DNA of 64,000 nt, taken from assembly GCF_009914755.1 (NCBI RefSeq), contig NC_060948.1; one strand, written 5' to 3'. Of this stretch, positions 1 to 21,360 are shown in pieces. Numbering within the stretch: position 1 is the first letter of the stretch; the number at the start of each line of letters is the position of its first letter. Under the pieces are notes generated by a model. The model ran no database searches. It had not been told where the DNA came from and was given only the letters and a program-made list of their open reading frames with translations. The DNA comes from the human T2T-CHM13v2.0 reference genome, Homo sapiens. The position numbers and the translations under genes are program-made.

Positions 1-183
1 GCCACCACAGCAGCTGGAATGACAGGTGTGAACCACCACACCAGGCTAATTTTTGTATTTTTGGTAGAGACAGAATCTCATCATGTGTGCTAGGTTGGTC
101 TTGAACTTCTGGCCTCAAGTGATCCACATTCTTCAGCCTCTCAAACTGCTAGGATTACAGGTGTGAGCCACAGTGCCCAGCTC
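1..183 (-). mobile_element. Alu (partial)
   Basis: ctaatttttgtattttt...gattacaggtgtgagccac motif. Confidence 0.9.
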
Positions 184-265
184 AAATTTACTTTTACAGT
201 ATCTGCTTTTAAAATTGTGCACCAAAAATTCAGGCTGTTTCTATTTTCTTTGATATAGTAGATTC

Positions 266-310
266 GTGTGTGTGTGTGTGTGCATGCACACATGTTCATT
301 TGTGTGTGTG
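266..310. repeat. (GT)n microsatellite
   Basis: gtgtgt tracts. Confidence 0.8.
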
Positions 311-419
311 CTAGTTGGTTAGCCATTATTTTATCATCTTCTCCCTAAATTATGCATCCTAAATTCCAGCTCCCCTTTAAGCGAGGTGTGTCGGTTCTGT
401 GCCTGTAGGTTGCATTCTA

Positions 420-774
420 CTTGCTTGTATGAATCTGCCTGTCACTCTCACAAATGACGCCACTTCTGCAAGATCAAACACATTTCTCATGACTGCACCA
501 CTGTCCATATTTCTTTCCTGGAAGCTTTATGTCATTGCCTTAGATTAGCTCATTTATTTCCTACTGACTTCACAACAACAATGTGCCCTTGCCATTTTTG
601 CAATTAAAAAGATGTCTTCCTTTTTGAAGTCATCCCATTAAAACCTTTCCTGAAATCACAATGAATGTGTCCTGTTGTTCTTTCATATTTTCCAACAGAA
701 GCAGGAATCTTCATCTTTGATCAAATATCTCATTCTCTTTTTCATGAATTTTCCCCAAATTTACATGTCCTTAT
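420..774 (-). pseudogene. Possible relic exon
   Basis: ccatag acceptor; stop-rich frame ending RNVFDLAEVASFVRV; weak support. Confidence 0.25.
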
Positions 775-918
775 CTATGGCCAAATCATGTAATTTTGAG
801 AAATCAATTTTGGCTACTCTCACGTGATACTCAGTTAAAGGTCTTATAATTTCTGGGCAATTGTATCCACTATGTTTTTTAAATATTATTAGTTTAATTA
901 TATAATTATGCATTACTG

Positions 919-1190
919 AGGCAGGGTCTGAAATGCAGTAGTGCAGTCATAGCTCACTGCAGCCTTCACTTCCTGGGCTCAGGTGATTCCCCTACTTCAG
1001 CCTCCCAAGAACCTGGAAGCACCTGGAAGTGGACTGTGCCACTACGCCCAGCTAATTTTTGTATTTTTTGTAGAGATGAGATTTCGCAGTGTTGCTCAGA
1101 CTGGTCTCAAACTCTTTGGCTTAAGCAATCCTCCCACCTCAGCCTCCCAATGTGCCAGAATTACTAGCATGAGATACTGTGCCCAGCCCA
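919..1190 (-). mobile_element. Alu (AluJ-like)
   Basis: Antisense Alu arms, diverged. Confidence 0.9.
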
Positions 1191-1334
1191 ATATTATTAT
1201 TTTTTATTGCTAAAAAATGGTAAAATTATAGATATAATTGAAGAATATTGTATGACATATAGTATCTGGGATCTCACAACCCAGAAAGTCAACCTTAACA
1301 TTTTGGAAAATTCTTTTAAAAAATACTGGTTTGC

Positions 1335-1761
<427 letters not shown>

Positions 1762-1851
1762 CTATATATATATATATATATATTTATATGCAACATATAT
1801 ATGCAATATATATGCAACATATATATGTATACTGCTTTTGTAAAAGAGTGA

Positions 1852-2230
<379 letters not shown>

Positions 2231-2356
2231 TAAATGATCACTGTGGTTCCATCCTAGTGACACAAGAGGCTGAGCAAATGCACTCACACTTCCTCTTACC
2301 ATTGACACATGGAATTTCAGGTTAAAAAACCCAATCACTAAAATAAATGAAACCTC

Positions 2357-3034
<678 letters not shown>

Positions 3035-3140
3035 TTAACATCTCAGAAGACACACAGTTCAGACAGACTAGAAATGAAACCTCACCAACAGACAGACAAA
3101 AAAGCCAGAGCCGGAAATTAGTTCCCTCAAGAAGCAACGT

Positions 3141-3801
3141 ATGACTGCTTAAAGAGTTAACCTTGCCCACTGCCTAGAGAGAGCAGATTTATCTAGATAG
3201 GGGAATTGCAATAGAGAAACATTAATTCAGGCAGAGCCACCTATGAGGGAGACTGAAGTTTTATTATTTCTTCAATCAGTCTCCCTGAGCATTCCAGGAT
3301 CAGAGTTTTTAAGGACAACTTGGTGGGTCGGGGAAGCCAGTGAGCCAGGATTTCTGATTGGTCAGGGATGAAACCATAGGGAATTAAAGCTGTCCTCTTG
3401 CTGAATCACTTCCTGGATGGGGGGGCCAATTTATTGATCTGAGTGGTGCCAGCTGATTCATCAAGTGCAGGGTCTGCAAAATATCTCAAGCACTGAACTT
3501 AGGAGCAGTTTAGGGAGGGCTAGAATCTTGTAGTCTCCAGGTGCATGACTCCTAACCCACAATTTCTAATCTTGTGGCTAATATTAGTCCTAAAAATGCA
3601 GTCTAGTCCCCAGGCAAGAAGAAGATCTGCTTTGGAAAGGGCTGTTATCATCTATATTTTAAACTATAAGCTAATTTTCTCCCATAGTTCAGCCTACACC
3701 TAGGAACAAAAAAGGACAGCTTAGAGGTGAGAAGCAAGATGGACTTGGTTAGGTTAGACCTCTTTGACTGTCTCAGTCACAATTTTTCAAAGGCGATTTC
3801 A
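3141..3801 (-). mobile_element. LTR8-like ERV1 solo LTR
   Basis: Reverse complement begins tgaaatcgcctttgaaaaattgtgactgagacagt. Confidence 0.75.
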
Positions 3802-3929
3802 TCAGGACATCAGTGAAACAGTTCCTTTATTGCACTTGTACATACAAGGCAAGACCTAGAGAAAATCCTGGGAAGCTTAAAATTTCTTAAATAGAAATTA
3901 ACCCTTTTCTTTGCTTAACTGGCCAAACA

Positions 3930-5070
<1,141 letters not shown>

Positions 5071-5125
5071 ATTTATTTCTTAGTTGATGCAGAGAAATTA
5101 ATTGGGGGTTTAAAAAAAACATCGC

Positions 5126-5430
5126 GGCCCAGCATGGTGGCTCACGCCTGTAATCCCAACACTTTGGGATGCCGAGGTGGGTGGATCACCTGAGGTCGGG
5201 AGTTCAAGACCAGCCTGGGCAACATGGCAAAATTCTATCTCTAACAAAATTACAAAAGTTAGCCGGGCTTGGTGGTGAGCATCTGTAATCCCAGCTACTC
5301 AGGAGGCTGAGGCAGGAGAATCATTGAACCTGAGAGGCGAGGGTGGCAGTGAGCTGAGATTGCACCACTGCACTCCCGCCTGGATGACAGAGTGAGACTC
5401 CATCTTAAAAAAATAAACAAACAAATAAAA
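5126..5430 (+). mobile_element. AluS-like
   Basis: Full sense Alu. Confidence 0.9.
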
Positions 5431-5612
5431 ACATAGTATCACACAGTCTGGAATTCTAAATCAATTCTGCATACATTCTCTGGATTACCTTATATCTGCA
5501 AAGGTGTTACAATAATATAGTAACATATATGCACTTGTCAAAACCCAGAGAGTGTACAACGGAAGTGGTAAACCTGATAGAAACTATGGACTTTAGTTGA
5601 AAAATAATGTAT

Positions 5613-6120
5613 TGTGAAGGGAAAATATATCTCATGATACCAAAATTATTAATCCAAAGGGAAAAGTCAAACTGGGAACTGTGTCAGGCAAACCTGACTC
5701 CCATTCTATTCCTGAATAAGATAACTGCAAAGATGAAAAAGCTATATCCTTCCCTCACAATTTGTCCACAAGGAAATTCCTTGTGGACAAAGGGAAGAAG
5801 AAACTCAAAGTCATCACTTGGCTCCTGTAAGATAAGTGCATATCTGATGACTTCCTCTGTCCTGTTGTTTCACTAAACCAGACTGAGGCATAAGTGACTA
5901 ATTCCTGTAAATTAAATTTTGCATTCAGTGAAAGGCTAATCAGAAACTCAAAAAAAGTAACCATTTTTTTCTCTTATCTACCTAAGATCTGCAACTCCCT
6001 TCCACCTTAGAGTTGCCCTTCCTTTCCAGTCTGAACCAATGCACTTCTTACATGTATTGATTGATGTCTCATATTTCTGTAAAATATATAAAACCAAGTT
6101 CTGACCTGACCACCTTGGCC
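5613..6120 (+). mobile_element. MER4A-like LTR, 3'-truncated
   Basis: tgtgaagggaaaatatatc...gggaaaagtcaaactgggaactg; similar to the copy at 62410. Confidence 0.7.
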
Positions 6121-7298
6121 AATCAGTGCTCTGTAAGATGCACCAATCAGCATGAGTTTAAAAGTAGCCAATCATGGGGAGGATTGAAAAAGGGCACTCT
6201 GATAGGACAGAAATGGAACGTGGGAGGGGCCAATAACGGACTCAAAGCTGATCAGGGGTGGAGCTAAGATGGCTGAATAGGGACAGCTCCAGTCACTCTA
6301 CAGTCGCTCTACAGCTCTCAGCATGAGCGACACAGAAGACGGGTGATTTCTGCATTTCCAACTGAGGTACCGGGTTCATCTCACTGGGGAGCGTTGGAAA
6401 GCACGTGCCGGACAGTGGGTGCAGTGCACCGAGTGTGAGCCAAAGCAGGGCGAGGCATGGCCTCACCTGGGAAGTACAAGGGGTCAGGGAATTCCCTTTC
6501 CTAGTCAAAGAAAGGAGTGACAGACAGCAGCTGGAAAATCATGTCACTCCCACCCTAATACTGCACTCTTCCAATGGTCTTAGCAAATGGCACACCAGGA
6601 GATTATATCACATGCCTGGCTCAGAGGGTCCTATGCCCACGGAGCCTCACTCATTGCTAGCACTACAGTCTGAGATCAAACTGCAAGGCAGCAGCGAGGC
6701 TGGGGGTGGGGTGACCTTCATTGCTGAGGTTTGAGTAGGTAAACAAAGCAGCTGGGAAGCTCAAACTGGGTGGAGCCCACTGCAGCTCAAGAAGGCCTGC
6801 CTGCCTCTGTAGACTCCACCTCTGGGGGTGGGGCATTGCCAAACAAAAGGCAGCAGAATCCTCTGCAGACTTAAACGTCCCTATCTGACAGTGTTGAAGA
6901 GAGAGTAGTGGTTCTCCCAGCACACAGCTGGAGATCTGAGAATGGACAGACTGCCTCCTCAAGTGGTTCCCTGACCCCTGAGTAGCTTAACTGGGAGGCA
7001 CCCCCGAGTAGAGGCAGACTGACAACTCACACAGGCAGGTACTTCTCTGAGAAAAAACTTCCAGAGGAACGATCAGGCAGCAACATTTTTTGTTTACCAA
7101 TATCTGCTGTTCTGCAGCCTCCACTGTTGATACCCAGGAAAACAGGGTCTGGAGTGGACCTCCAACAAACTCCAACAGACCTGCAGCTGAGGCTCCTGAC
7201 TGTTAGAAGGAAAACTAACAAACAGAAAGGACATCCACACTGAAATCCCATCTGTACGTCACCATCATCAAAGACCAAAGGTAGATAAAGCCACAAAG

Positions 7299-8313
7299 AT
7301 GGGGAAAAAACAGAGCAGAAAAGCTGGAAACTCTAAAAATCCAAGTGCCTCTCCTCCTCCAAAGGAATGCACCTCCTCACCAGAAATTGAACAAAGCTGG
7401 ATGGTGAATGACTTCAATGAATTGAGAGAAAAAGGGTTCAGACAATCAAACTACTCCAAGCTAAAGGACAAAGCTTGAACCCATGGCAAAGAAGGTAAAA
7501 ACCTTGAGAAAAAATTAGACGAATGGCTAACTAGAATAACCGATGCAGAGAAGTCTTTAAAGGACCTGATGGAGCTGAAAACCAAGGTATGAGAACTAAG
7601 TGATGAATGCACAAGCCTCAGTAGCCAATTCGATCACCTGGAAGAAAGGGTATCAGGGATGGAAGATCAAAAAATGAAATGAAGTGAGAAGAGAAGATTA
7701 GAGAAAAAAGAATAAAAAGAAATGAACAAAGCCTCCAAGAAATATGGGATGATGGAAAAGACCAAATCTACATCTGATTGGTGTACCGGAAAGTGATGGG
7801 GAGAATGGAACCAAGTTGGAAAACACTGTGCAGGGTATTCTCCAGGAGAACTTCCCCAATCTAGTAAAGCAGGCCAACATTCAAATTCAGGAAATACAGA
7901 GAATGCCACAGAGATACTCCTCAAGAAGAGCAACTCGAAGACACATAATTGTCAGATTCACCAAAGTTGAAATGAAGGAAAAAAATGCTAAGGGCAGCCA
8001 GAGAGAAAGGTCGGGTTACCCTCAAAGGGAAGCCCATCAGACTAACAGCGGATCTCTTGGCAGAAACTCTACAAGCCAGAAGAGAGTGGGTGCCAATATT
8101 CAACATTCTTCAAGAGAAGAATTTTCACCCCAGAATTTCATATCCAGACAAACTAAGCTTCATAAGTGAAGGAGAAATAAAATACTTTACAGACAAGCAA
8201 ATGCTGAGAGATTTTGTCACCACAAGGCCTGCCCTAAAACAGCTCCTGAAGGAAGCACTGACATGGAATGGAATAACCAGTACCAGCTGCTGCAAAAACA
8301 TGCCAAATTATAA
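7299..8313 (+). pseudogene. L1 ORF1p, disrupted
   Basis: MGKKQSRK start; fragments ENTVQGILQENFPNL and LRAAREKGRVTLKGKPIRL; stops and frameshifts. Confidence 0.92.
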
Positions 8314-8376
8314 AGACCATAAATGCTAGGAAGAAACTACATCAATTAATGGGCAAAATAACGAGCTAACATCATA

Positions 8377-12199
<3,823 letters not shown>

Positions 12200-12692
12200 A
12201 CAATGAGAACACATGGACACAGGAAAGGGAACATCACACACCAGGGCCTGTTGTGTGGTCATGGGGAGAGGGAAGGGATAGCATCTGGAGATACACCTAA
12301 TGTTAAATGGAGTTACTGGGTGCAGCACACCAACATGGCACATGTATACATATGTAACTAACCTGCACATTGTGCACATGTACCATAAAACTTAAAGTAA
12401 AATTTAAAAAAAGAAAAGCCAACCACCACAGCCAACAGCAGCAACCTGCTGCGGTTTCCTTCCACACAGTGGAAGCTTTGTCCTTTCGCTCTTCACAACA
12501 AACATTGCTACTGCTCACCCTTTGGGTCTGTGCCATCTTTAAGAGCTGTAACACTCACTGCGAAGGTCCGTGGCTCTATTCTTGAAGTCAGAGAGACCAC
12601 GAGCCCACCAGCAGGAACCAACTCCAGACACAATGCCACTGTACTCCAGCCTGGGTGATGGAGTGAGACTCCATCTCAAAAAAAAAAAAAAA

Positions 12693-14266
<1,574 letters not shown>

Positions 14267-14445
14267 AGGGTATATAAGACCTCTATGTATTTTCTGGTTA
14301 TTTTTCTGTAAGACTAAAAATGCCCTAAAAATAAAGTCTATTATCTTAGAGTGAGCCAAAACAAGAAAAATGAATGCCCTTTATTTGCATACTTATATTT
14401 TTACTAAAATATTTAACTTACAAATGAAGATACTGAATTACTTAC

Positions 14446-14794
14446 TCCTCATCTCTAGTACCTGTAGATTCTCCGCAGTGGAACAGTTTAATGGTGTTCA
14501 TGCCTCCCCATATGCAAATAATAGCCCTCTTTCCCCAGCCCTTGCACTGCAGTAGGATATCGTGGGTGACTAAACCCCATGGTTCTCTTCCTGCTCACCA
14601 TGTGGGCTGCCTGGAAAGTCGACAGGCCGTCAGCATACAGAAAGAAGGCCAGAATTGTGAAGCAATCCAGCCCAAGGATTCAATACATTTAGGTGGCTTC
14701 ATTTTCATCCTTAGGTGATGATCTACTTCAGTCAGGAACACTGCTTTCTAACTGAAGCTTATTGACACCGAGAGATGTTTAATTATTTTACTCC
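14446..14794 (-). pseudogene. Candidate relic exon (349 nt), RGS helix 7-8-like
   Basis: Acceptor cttcatag, donor ga|gtaagt; 115 codons with 2 stops, including IESLGWIASQFWPSFC. Confidence 0.6.
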
Positions 14795-14808
14795 CTATGA
14801 AGTGATGT

Positions 14809-15318
14809 TGAGAGGTGAAACCAGCTGGACTTCCTGGGTCGAATGGGGACTTGCAGAATTTTTCTGTCTAGCTAGAGGATTGTAAACACACCAATCAGCA
14901 CCCTGTGTCTAGCTAAAGGATTGTAAATGCACCAAACAGCGCTCTGTGTCTAGCTAAAGGATTGTAAATGCACTAGTCAGCACTATGTAAAAATGTACTA
15001 ATCAGTGCTCTGTATAGCTAAAGGATTGTTAATGCACCAATCAGCACTCTGTAAAAATGCAGCAATCAGCACTCTGTCTCTAGCTAAAGGATTGAAAATG
15101 CACCAATCAGCACTCTGTAAAATCGACCAATCAGCACTCTGTAAAATGGACCAATCAGCAGGACCCCACTGGAAGGAAGAAACTCTGGACACATAGGAAA
15201 GAACAAACTCTGTACACACCATCTTTTGGAGCTGTAACACTCACTGTGAAGGTCCACAGCTTTATTCTTAACATCAGCAAGGCCAAGAACCCACTGGAAG
15301 GAACCAACTCTAGACACA
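14809..15318 (+). mobile_element. LTR12 (ERV9) solo LTR with CCAAT repeats
   Basis: tgagaggtgaaaccagctggacttcctggg...gacaca; tandem ccaatcagcactctgt units; 4-bp TSD atgt. Confidence 0.92.
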
Positions 15319-15842
15319 ATGTGATGTGTCTCCCCTTTGCCTTATGAATATTCCCTATTTATAAAGGCAGATCGATTAAAATTTTACATCCCAGTCCAGT
15401 CACCTTTCTTTCTTGATCTGTAAAACAAAAAGGAAACTATTCATTAAAAAAGAAAACAGAGGGTTTCAGTGTTTAAACAGAACCCTCTTTCTTCTAAGAG
15501 ACTGTGACTAATCAGGAGGCTACATGAAAATGTAATCCATTGCCAGCTTGCAGACAAAACATTTGGCCACTCTGGGGCCACTTGCTCCCCTCTCTAAGCC
15601 TTCATCTTTTTACTGGCAAAATAAATTTGCAAATGAGGGTACTAGTAATCACCAAAAGTGATGATGAAGACCTTAACAAGCATCGAGTCATATTTGTAGT
15701 AGTATTTTTCATAAAAGGGATAGCGTCCTGATTAACGGGGTAAATTTTCATATTGGTAGTACTTATTTTATCAAAATGATGTTCCCCAGACAAAGCTTCT
15801 CTGTCTGCATCCAAATAATCACTTATGTATGCTTGCACTCAC

Positions 15843-16064
15843 CTGTCCAACCTTTCTAGGGATCAGGAAGCCAAAAATTGAAGGGCATTCTATCCCTGTT
15901 TCTCCTTTACGCAGTCACTACTTCCTCCAATTGTAAGAAACATAGGTAGCAAAATGTTATCATTGAATGCCATCTCAGGAGGAAATGCTTCCTGAGTTAG
16001 CCAGAGTTCTCCAGATAAACTGCCAATAGAAACCAGGATATGTGCCTTCTGTTTGCCAGGGGAA
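15843..16064 (-). pseudogene. Candidate relic exon cut by an LTR
   Basis: Donor cag|gtgagt at 15842; mostly open frame ...VYLENSG*LRKHFLLRWH...CFLQLEEV; in phase with the next exon. Confidence 0.45.
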
Positions 16065-17018
<954 letters not shown>

Positions 17019-17074
17019 TGATTTTGCATTTAGTAGATAGATACATAGATGATTGATAGATAGGTACGTAGATG

Positions 17075-17298
17075 ATAGACCCAGGGCATATATATTATCA
17101 TATAGACTCCCTTTCCACATGGAGGACTGCATATATATTATTATATATATGATAGACTCCCCTTCCACCTGGAAGAATAGACCCAGGGCATATATTATCA
17201 TATCTGTGGTAGACTCACCTTCCACCTGGAGAACTGGAGGCAGAGCATATATTATCTTATAAATGGTAGACTCTTTTTCCACCAGATGGACTGGACCT
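17075..17298 (-). repeat. ~57-bp minisatellite, inverted block
   Basis: Units are the reverse complement of those at 18583-20630. Confidence 0.85.
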
Positions 17299-17335
17299 AT
17301 TAAGTGTCCCTGGGATGTATTGGTTAATTTTATAT

Positions 17336-17770
17336 GTCACCTTCACTGGGCTATGGTATCCATTGTTTACTCAAAACAGTCTTGGTGTTGCTGTGAAGTT
17401 GTTTTCTAAATGTGATTAACGTCTACAATCAATTAACTTTAAATAAAGGACACAACCCTCCATCAGGGAGATGGGCCTTATCCAACCAGTTAAAAGCCTT
17501 AAGAATAAAGATTGGGGTTTTTCAAAGAAGACCAAATTCTGCGTCAAGACTGCAGTATAGAAATTATGCCTGAGTTGCAGGCCCACAGCTCTGCAGAAAC
17601 AGGACTAGAGGTTGTACATCAATCTTACCTGAATCTCCAGCCTACCAGCATGTCTTGAAGATTTTAGACTTTCCAGCTCCCACAATCGTGTGCCAATTCC
17701 ATAAAATAAATCTCTACCTACTTCTATATCCTATTGTTTCTGTTTCTGTGGAGAATCCTGATTACCACTA
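17336..17770 (+). mobile_element. MLT2-type ERVL LTR
   Basis: tggttaattttatatgtcaccttcactgggct...ctgtttctgtggagaatcctga. Confidence 0.8.
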
Positions 17771-17771
17771 C

Positions 17772-18110
17772 AAAACAAAAATGACCAACTCATTATCTCA
17801 AATGCTATAGCACTGGCAGTGTCCAAGGAAGAGGTAAGCTGTGCAGGCAAGTCACTCAAAACATGGTCCAAGGAAGTGCCCAAAAAGGAGGACACATTCA
17901 GAATTTATGCAATTCTAGATGAGGAGCTGAGGGTCCATTTTTATATGAATCTATTTCACAACTTGAGAGTTTTCCAAGTCAGTGGGCTTTAGCATGGGAG
18001 GACATCCAATGGATTTGGAGGTTATGGGGACTTTCCTGACCAAATCCCCATGCAGTCAACACAACAATAGAAAACCTCGCTGTGTGGATTTAATGATGTC
18101 ATTGTGGGCA
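17772..18110 (+). pseudogene. Candidate relic exon in inverted orientation
   Basis: About 110 plus-strand codons with 2 stops: KNDQLIISNAIALAVSKEEV...EDTFRIYAILDEELRVHFYMNLF; lies next to an inverted piece of the 57-bp array. Confidence 0.4.
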
Positions 18111-18169
18111 TGAGTCTACTGCTGTATAAAACAGTAGACTGTACATATGAGTCTACTGCTATATAAAAG

Positions 18170-18582
18170 AGTGATCAGACCCAACACCAGGCCACAGGGG
18201 TGACAAAGTCCAGTGGAGTCAAAGGAATGAGAAAAGACAAGTTAAGAGAGAAAGTGGGATGAGCGGACCAACGCTGGTATGGAGGATGCAAAGACCCTGA
18301 GCTCTGGAAGCCCATGTTATTTATTAGTGATCAAACAAAGAAACAGGTGGTGAGGATTTGGGGGTTGAAAGGAAGTGATGTATCAAGCAAATGAACTACA
18401 GTTGTGATGGTTTAGCATTTTCTTTGAAACACATGGCTACTTGAGATCATGAGAGTGCTAGAAGCAAGGATCCAGCAAGTCTGGACACATTCCAAAGGCC
18501 ATGAGAGGTTTTACCCTGGACTCTGGACATGTTCCAAGCCCTGCCTCAGCTTCTCTCCCAACACTCAGCTTTTCTCCCAGCG
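18170..18582 (-). mobile_element. LTR14-like ERVK LTR
   Basis: Reverse complement begins gggagaaaagctgagtgttgggagagaagctgaggcagggcttg. Confidence 0.7.
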
Positions 18583-18772
18583 GTATGTAAGGTAATATAT
18601 GTCCTGGCTGCAGGAGGAAGGGAGTCCACCATGTATATAATAATATATGCCCTGGATCCACTCCTCCAGGTAGAAGGGGAGTCTACCATGTATTTAATAA
18701 TATATGTCCTTGCTCCAGTCTTCAGTCTTCCAGTGGGGAGTCTACCATATATATGATAATATATGCCCTGGG

Positions 18773-19185
18773 TATATTAGGGTTCTCTAGAGGGACAGAG
18801 CTAAATACTTTATTAAGTATTACCTCACACTATCACAAAGTCCCAAAATAGGCTGTCTGCAGGCTGGGGAGCAAGGAAAGCCAGTCCAAGTTCCAAAATT
18901 GACTTGGATTCTGATATTTGAGGGCAGGAAGCATCCAGCACTGGAGAAAGATGTAGGCTGGGAGGCTAGGCCAGTCTCTCTTTTCACATTTTTCTCCCTG
19001 GTTATATTCTAGCTGAGCTGGCAGCTGATTAGATTGTGCCCACCTACTTTAAGGGGGCTCCTGCCTTTCCCAGCTCACTGACTCAAATGTTAAGCTCCTT
19101 TGGCAACATCCTTACAGACTCATCTAGGAACAATACTTTGTATCTTTTAATCCAATCAAGTTGACGCTCAGTATTAACCATCACA
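18773..19185 (-). mobile_element. MLT2A LTR inserted in the minisatellite
   Basis: tattagggttctctagagggacag...caagttgacgctcagtattaaccatcaca. Confidence 0.88.
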
Positions 19186-20132
19186 CAGGTCCTCCAGGTG
19201 GAAGAAGGGTATGTCATATATATGATAATATATTCCCTGGGTCTATCCCTCCAGGTGGGAGAGGAGTCTACCATATATAAGGTAAATTGTGTCCTGGGTC
19301 TACTCCTCCAAGTGGAAGGGGAGTCTACCATATATATGATAATATATGCCCTGACTCCAGTCCTCCAGGTGAAAGAGGAGTCTACCATATATAATATATT
19401 CCCTGGTTTCAGTCCTCCAGATGGAAGAAATATATGATAATATATGCCCTGGGTCTATTCCTCTAGGTGGAAGAGGAGTCCATCCTATATAAGGTAAAAT
19501 ATGCTCTGTTCTATTCTTCCAGGTGGAAGGGAAATCTACCACATATATAAAAATATATGCCCTGGATCCGGTTTTTCAGGTGAAAGTGGTGTCTACCATA
19601 TATAGTATATTCCCTGGTTCCAATCCCCAGTGTGGAAGGGGAGTTTAGCATATATATAACAATATATGCCATAGGTCCAGTCTTCCAGGTGAAAGAAGTC
19701 TATTTATGGTATTCCTCCCAGTGGAAGAGGAGTCTACCATATACAAAGTAAAATATGCCCTGGGTCTATTTCTCTAGGTGGAAGAGGAAGTCTACCATAT
19801 ATATGTATATAATACTATATGTCCTGGGTCTAGTCTTCCAGGTGGAAGTAGGGTCTACCATATATATAATATATGACCTTCTGTCAGTCCTCCAGGTAGA
19901 AGTAAGAATTACCATATGTATGGTAATATATGCTCCCCACTAGTCCTCCAGGTAGATGTGAAATCTACCACATAGATGATAATATAAGCCCCCGGCCAGT
20001 CTTCCACTTGGAATTGGAATTTACCATGTATATAGTAGTATATGTACTAGGTCCAACACTTCCAGTGAAAATAACGCCTACTGTGTATATGCTAGTATAT
20101 GCCCTGGCTCCAGTCCTTCATCTGAAAGTGGA

Positions 20133-20405
20133 TTTTTTTTTTTTTTTTGAGACGGAGTCTCGTCAGGCTGGAGTGCAGTGGCTTGATCTCAGCTCACTGC
20201 AACCTCTTCCTCCTGGGTTCAAGAGATTCTCCGTAGCTGAGACTACAGGCATACACCACTACACCCAATTAATTTTTTGTATTTTCATTAAAGACAGGGT
20301 TTCACCATGTTAGCCAGGATGGTCTCAATCTCTTGAACTCGTGATGCACCAGCCTCAGCCTCCCAAGGTGCTGGGATTACAGGCATGAGCCACTGCACCC
20401 AGCCA
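20133..20405 (-). mobile_element. Alu inserted in the minisatellite
   Basis: Antisense Alu, TSD aaagtgga. Confidence 0.9.
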
Positions 20406-20650
20406 AAAGTGGATGTTATCATATACATAATAGTATATGTCCTGGCTACACTCCTCCAGGTGGACATGAAATCTACCATATGTATGATAATACCTGTTCC
20501 CTTTCTGGGCCTCCAAGTGGAAGTGCAGCCTACCATATGTATGATAATATATGTCCTGGGGCCAGTGGTCCACGTGGATGTGGATTCTATCATATATATG
20601 ATAGTTTATGCCATCATTTCAGTTTTCCTGGACATAGTCATCGTGTATAC

Positions 20651-20874
20651 ATGCAAAATGAAGATAGGTTTAGCAATTATCTCGTCAATTTGATTAGTTC
20701 AAATTGCCAAAGCAACGATTCAGCCCTGAAAGCACTCTTCCTGTTTTTTTAAGATATATCAACATTGAGAGTGTTAATACTTAAATAATGCCAGCACATC
20801 TTTACGAAGGAATCACATTTTGCATTTTTTTCTGTATAATGCACATTCCCCAAATCTCAGTCAAATTTTATTTT
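20651..20874 (-). pseudogene. Candidate relic exon
   Basis: FVKMCWHYLSINTLNVDIS*KNRK resembles RGS helix 5-loop-helix 6; weak splice sites. Confidence 0.4.
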
Positions 20875-20909
20875 CTTAAATCATTGAAATCATTGATCTT
20901 CCTAATTCA

Positions 20910-21197
20910 CTTTTTTTTTTTTTTGAAGACAGGGTCTTACTCTGTTGACCAGGCTTGAGTATAGAGGTAAGACCGTGGCTCATTTCAACTTCAATCTCCA
21001 GGGTTCAAGTGAATCTCACATCTAAGCGTCCCAAGTAGCTGGGATTACAGGCACATGAACTCATGGCCAGCTAATTTTATTTTTCTGTAGAGATGCGGTT
21101 TTGCCATGTTGCTCTCTCAAGCTCCTGAGCTCGAGTGAGCCTCTCACCTCAGCCTCCCAAAGTGCTGCGTTTACAGGTGAAAGACATGGCACCCAGC
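20910..21197 (-). mobile_element. AluJ-like
   Basis: TSD cctaattcactttt. Confidence 0.88.
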
Positions 21198-21360
21198 CCT
21201 AATTCACTTTTGAAAGACAGACATTTCCCCCTGGGGTTAAAATGTTAAGTGCATTTTTAGAGCTCCAAGTATTTTTGGCTTTGATGTAGACATTGTAGAT
21301 TATTTAACAAATTACTTTTTTTTTCCATTTAGTCAAAAAACAATTCTGGGAAAACCGAAC

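Larger units (their letters stand above)
18583..20630 (+). repeat. ~57-bp diverged minisatellite (ctaccatatatatgataatatatgccctgggtctactcctccaggtggaaggggagt)
   Basis: 57-bp period seen at 19268, 19325 and 19382; interrupted by MLT2A and an Alu. Confidence 0.92.
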
